Source: Botryllus schlosseri (taxonomy: Eukaryota). From it: 64,000 nt of DNA. Below, piece after piece: positions 59,428-64,000 of the stretch. How positions within the stretch are numbered: position 1 is the stretch's first letter; every line of letters begins with the position of its first letter. The notes under the pieces were generated by a model, which saw only the letters and a list, made by a program, of their open reading frames with translations, was not told where the DNA came from and did no database searches. Where the stretch lies: the NCBI GenBank assembly GCA_051294905.1, contig CM119384.1, forward strand, positions 7,192,001 to 7,256,000, in the 5' to 3' direction. The position numbers were made by a program, and so were the translations under genes.

Positions 59428-62400
59428 ATGCAGTGGACGGTAAGGCTGTAGAATGAACATGTTATAGGCTTATAGCGAGGGCATAAAGTGTATAATTGAT
59501 CAATGATCATACTTGCAGAGCACAAACTGCAGCAGCATCATAGATTAGTATTTTTTCTCGCAATAGTCATTCTGTATTGTTTTTTAAGAAAATGAAGTGG
59601 ATTCCTATGTCTTTGGCTTACTGCGAGATAGTGACTTTTATCTCATGTTCAAGAATAAAGTGGGAGTTGCTCGTAAACTTATGATTCTTCAGGAGGTAAG
59701 TTTATATAACATTTTTATTTGTTTTCACCATCACTTATGTAAGCCATTATCATTTACAGTCTTGGGGAGCGGCAGATATAAACGATGCATCTACGTGGCC
59801 TGATTCAGCATCGCATGCTAACTCCGAACCAATGATGACTGATAACTTGGAAGTTTATGATATTTCTATGAGTGGAAAGCCAATTAATAGCGAATCACTG
59901 CCTAATTCTTGCAATTCAAAAGATACTTCGAAGTTGGACTCCAATCAGAAAATGATTGCTGCAAAAGTGTCCGTTGGCAATTACAATGGTGTGCAGTCTA
60001 ATACATTGAATGGTGCTGCTAAAGGTCGCTCTGTTGATACACACGTAGAGCTAACGCCTGGCAATTCTAGAAACCCTCCAGTTTCATGGTCTGTTAATAA
60101 TGAAATGGAACTCAGCCAAATGTCTGATCAGGTATGTGTAGCTATTTCCTACATCAGAACTATTATTCATCATATGATTAATCTATAAAGGCTACCGACA
60201 CCACAAAGGATGCGGATTCTTCATTATTTCAAGAGTCAGATTTCGTCAATATTTTTGCTGGGAAGGAAATGTCCAAAGTATATGCTTTATTCTTCATCAT
60301 AATACCTTGTAAAATAATTGTAATATCATGTTGTGTACAGAATGCGACCAAGGGAAAACGCTTTACCGGTCCAAAAGTGATACCTCTGCCGATATTTAGC
60401 AAACAAGTGGAGACGGCATTATCATCTGGCAACGGTGCCTTTTGCATGAATAAGGTCATTAATGAGATTGGATATCACATCATTGCCTTTGGAGATATGA
60501 GATCGAAAGGCAGCTACCTGCGCTATTGCAGTGCGCTCTGTCAAAAGTATCCGTGTCTCAGATATCCTGGAAAGCATGAATATGTGCGTCTGTTGGTGGA
60601 ATTAATGACATTACAAAATCTTTACACATCAATTATTTTCCTGCAGTCATACATATCAAAAAAGATTTCACAGAAACTTCGAAATCTACGTTCCCATCGA
60701 AGGGCTGCGGGGCAGAACAATCCAAATGGTGAGACAACCGTTAACTTGGATGGAGGCAAGTAGCCTATATCAATTATTGAAATTGAACTGGTTTAACTAA
60801 GACTTTGTTATCAGATGACCCAATTACAGCCGGTCTCCAGAAAGCATATGAATTTTTGGACATTGAATTCTCTCGGGGAAATTGCGAGTGGAGAAAACTC
60901 TTGACCCTGTTCAATAGAGTATTTCCAATTCGACGCTTGAAATTGGAAAAAATTGAACCCAGGAATGCTCGTCAAATCTTACAAACTATTCCAACCTTGG
61001 GCGATTTGAGATTAGTAAGTGCTATGTTTTTGGACTTATCTTGCTTGTAGACTTGCTGTATGCAACAGAAACAGTAATTTTTGTATTCATTTCAGGTTCG
61101 AGAGGACATGAATCAGTTGTTACCCATAAGTATTGTTGAGATGAAAAAGAATTATGTTGAGATGCTTCATACCATTCAGACATTGCTTGACATTGTTTCG
61201 GGAAAGGTAAGTGTGTAGCTAATAGTGTGCGGACTTGTTTTACCCCTTTTTACATTATCAGGAGGACGAGGCACAGGAAGCAAACACTCTCCTTCAACTC
61301 CAGCAACAATTGAGTGATAGACGTGTGAAATCAAAGTACTCTGCTAACTTGCTGACCTTGAAAATGGTGGGTTTGGCAAATGTATTGTTCCTGATATGTT
61401 CTGTCATGTTAGTGATTTCTCGCAGGTGTATTCTGTGTTTGATTTTTCGGTAGCAATCCGTCTTATAAGTACTTTGTAGATTCAGTTTATTGTAATTTAT
61501 CCTTCTTTAATTTACAGTAGATTTTGTGCTGGAAATTCACAATAACCTTAAGAATGTTTTGCTCATGGTGTTTAGTAGGTGGTCAGTTTGAAAAGTGGAT
61601 TTAATGGAGGAGGGATCACATACGTTATAATTTACCCGGAATGCTACTACCGCAGAGTGTATTAAATTTACAGACTGCGTCTGTGTAACTGACATGAAAT
61701 GATAATGACGCTACAAACAGGCACAATTTTCCAAAATAAATTCAGTTACTCTGGTACAGGTACAGTGTAGGGTTGTAACAAAGTCTTAAGGTTCCGAGTC
61801 ACTAGTCAATCTCGCTTTTATAGTTTAGACTTGAGTCACCAATTCACCACTGAGTCAAGTCCAAGTCACACAATAGAGTGTCGAGTCATAGTGTTTTGAC
61901 TCAGTCCGAGTACAAGACATTGTGTAGACTGTTCAGTTCCAAGTTTATGTCATGTGAAACCCACTTTTTACGACTCTGCTTGGTGATATCGAATGCTTCA
62001 AATTCATAATATACTAATTTTCCTCACTTTTAGCAGTTTCTGGTAGCATTTTCAAGTACCAGTACAGGCAGTACTGATAGACGAAAAAATAATGGTGTGA
62101 TAAACTTTACTATTCTGCGAAATTCCGATGAAATGCCTGTATTGGGAGACACATTCTTGAGTTATATGAATTGGTCCGAGTCATGCGCAATGACTCGAGT
62201 ACAAGTCGAGTCAATACACAAATTGACTCGAGTCATTTTTCATTTTTAAGAAAATGACTCAAGTTAAGTCGAGTCACCAAAAAATCGCGAGCAACCCCTG
62301 TACAGGGGTTATTTCGTCCAGTTAATAAAGGTGTAGCAAACGTGAAACAAACCCCCAAAACTGCTCTCTGCTTACATTACACCTATCATTTGAGTAGGTG

Positions 62401-63101
62401 GTGTAAGTAGGGAAAAACTGCTTGAAGTAGGCGTACTTTGTTAATGTCTGGATGTGGATGCCACTAAGTCGCATCAAGTTATTGGTTGATTTATCTTTCG
62501 TTCAAATTGTCTGTAGCGCTAAAGACACAACCCTAAAACTTACATTCGGCTACTTTCAACGTCTGATGCAGTCACTCATGATTGTACAATGTTGTAGCTT
62601 ACATTGTCGTCTTGGAAAAACCCATCTCTCTGGTCAAGTACTACATGACGGGCCCATTGAATAGTTTCAATCAAACCCTGCACCCTTTGCTGGAATCCTG
62701 ACACGACATTATCAGTCATCTGTACTTGGAACATCTTGTGCATTATAAGGTGGGACGTTACCAAATGTGTCTTTATTTAGGAAAACGAGGAGGTAATAAG
62801 CCAGAAGGATGATCCGCCACATTTGGTGGTAACCGTGCTGGAATCGGGCAGAACTCACGGAAGTATTCATGCCCACGGGAAAGCTATTCCCTGCGTTGAA
62901 GGGGAAGGAATTTGTGGCATGATTATTGATCTCATTGCTTGTTATTCTGCATGGGGCATTGTCTACCCAAAAGAATACCCGATGCTTGGATTCTTCGAAC
63001 AGTTTGTGATCAACGACTGCAGAAGTAAATTTCCCAAAACGAACAAATACGTTGAATTCGAAAAGAGATACCTTACATACAAGGATGGCAATGGGGTGTA
63101 A
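59428..63101 (+). CDS. SAM-domain/SAMD3-like uncharacterised protein, possibly transposon-derived; 5' exons uncertain
   Basis: In-phase exons: SAM-like ENEVDSYVFGLL...KVGVARKL, SQKLRNLR, LFNRVFPIRR...ILQTIPTL and a last exon with LIACYSAWGIVYPKEYPMLGFFEQFVIND. Family assignment is from recalled motifs only. Confidence 0.55.
61768..62299. mobile_element. hAT-type MITE, GACTCGAGTC family
   Basis: Starts TAGGGTTGTAAC and ends CAACCCCT; TSD GTACAGTG / GTACAGGG; body similar to 26997-27537. Confidence 0.8.
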
Positions 63102-63840
63102 GCACCAAGCAGTGTAATTTGGCATTGTCTGGGATGAACGCATCTTCAATTTCGATTGCGATGCAATTACGGCCTGAATACCGGTACATGGCATATTCCC
63201 TATGCTACATTCCAGCCGTGACCTTGAAATGCTGTCAAACTGGCGCAGCTTGTAACAAATTGAGTACTGCTACAAACTGTTCAGGTGCTGCTTATCAATG
63301 AAGTAGTCAAATGTCTGAAACGAAACTGCTTTTTGTAACAACTGTTTCTAGAGTGCCACATGTGAAGCAGGCATTGTTAGGTCTATCTGAAAACTTTTTT
63401 TGAATTTCATTTCACTTTCATTGGCACATGTGTTGCAATTCGTTATTTTTCTAAACATTTACAACTTATTTGAATGCTGTCTGAAACCTAGTGTTGGGTA
63501 TTCGTTTTTACATCATGCTTGCAATAAACCGTTTGCTTTGTATCCTCTGTTGAAATTCAATAACGAACGAACTGGTTTGAGAAGGTCTAACCTAGATGAC
63601 TCACAGCCATACTTTGCAAATATGGATATAGCGGGCCAAGATTTATGATTCGGGAATATTGGAGTCTTGATATTCCTCGGGTTTTTTGATTAGATAGCGC
63701 AATTGTAGCGCGTCTGGCTTCTGTTGTTGGGTCGTGGGTGCAATCTACAGACCAAAGACTTCTCTGAGTAAGACTGGTGTCTGCGGCTTCCATACTCGGC
63801 GCTTAGCATTCAGATAGAGTGAAGACGAAAAACGATGGTG

Positions 63841-64000
63841 TAGGGTTGTGTAACCAAGTCAATAACACTTATGCAGTTTTGATTTCAGTCATTTTCTATT
63901 CACCACCGAGTCAAGTCAGTGTTCAGTCTCGAATTCAAGCGATAGTCAGTAACTTTTTCGAAACTCTTGACTGATATCGAATGCCTTGCGTTCATGTTAC
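63841..64000. mobile_element. hAT-type MITE, GACTCGAGTC family, cut by the window end
   Basis: Starts TAGGGTTGTGTAACCAAGTC; diverged homologue of the 26997 and 61768 copies. Confidence 0.6.

Noticed and set aside
1-64000. Telomerase RNA template or telomeric repeats near TERT
   Set aside because: No CTAACCCTAA-type template or TTAGGG array seen, only isolated hexamers.

Overview
Eukaryotic (animal) genomic DNA, AT-rich, with short GT-AG introns of about 55-70 nt. It is probably from an invertebrate deuterostome such as an ascidian, but that is inference only. Host genes from left to right: the 3' part of a DPY19-like C-mannosyltransferase (+), PINK1 (-, about 12 exons), an intronless KIFC3-like kinesin-14 (-), a single-exon TERT (+), a FAM193-family gene with one coding exon (+), an orphan 6-exon single-pass membrane protein (+), PINCH/LIMS (+) and a SAMD3-like multi-exon gene (+). 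Transposons fill most of the space between genes, and many retain checkable TIRs and TSDs. Four observations stand out. (1) A 6,890-bp P-superfamily transposon (17870-24759, 28-bp TIRs, 7-bp TSD) carries two convergent genes: an intact 15-exon THAP-DDE transposase lacking the usual C-terminal domain, and a zinc-finger partner that appears to encode that domain, i.e. a candidate split transposase. (2) This element sits exactly inside the GIY-YIG domain of a Penelope-like element whose inverted ends carry minimal hammerhead ribozymes. (3) The TERT appears to lack both the TEN domain and most of the IFD/TRAP insertion. (4) The same 22-bp palindrome occurs at two sites with different 7-bp flanking duplications, resembling P-type excision footprints. 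All calls were made by eye; no database searches were run.
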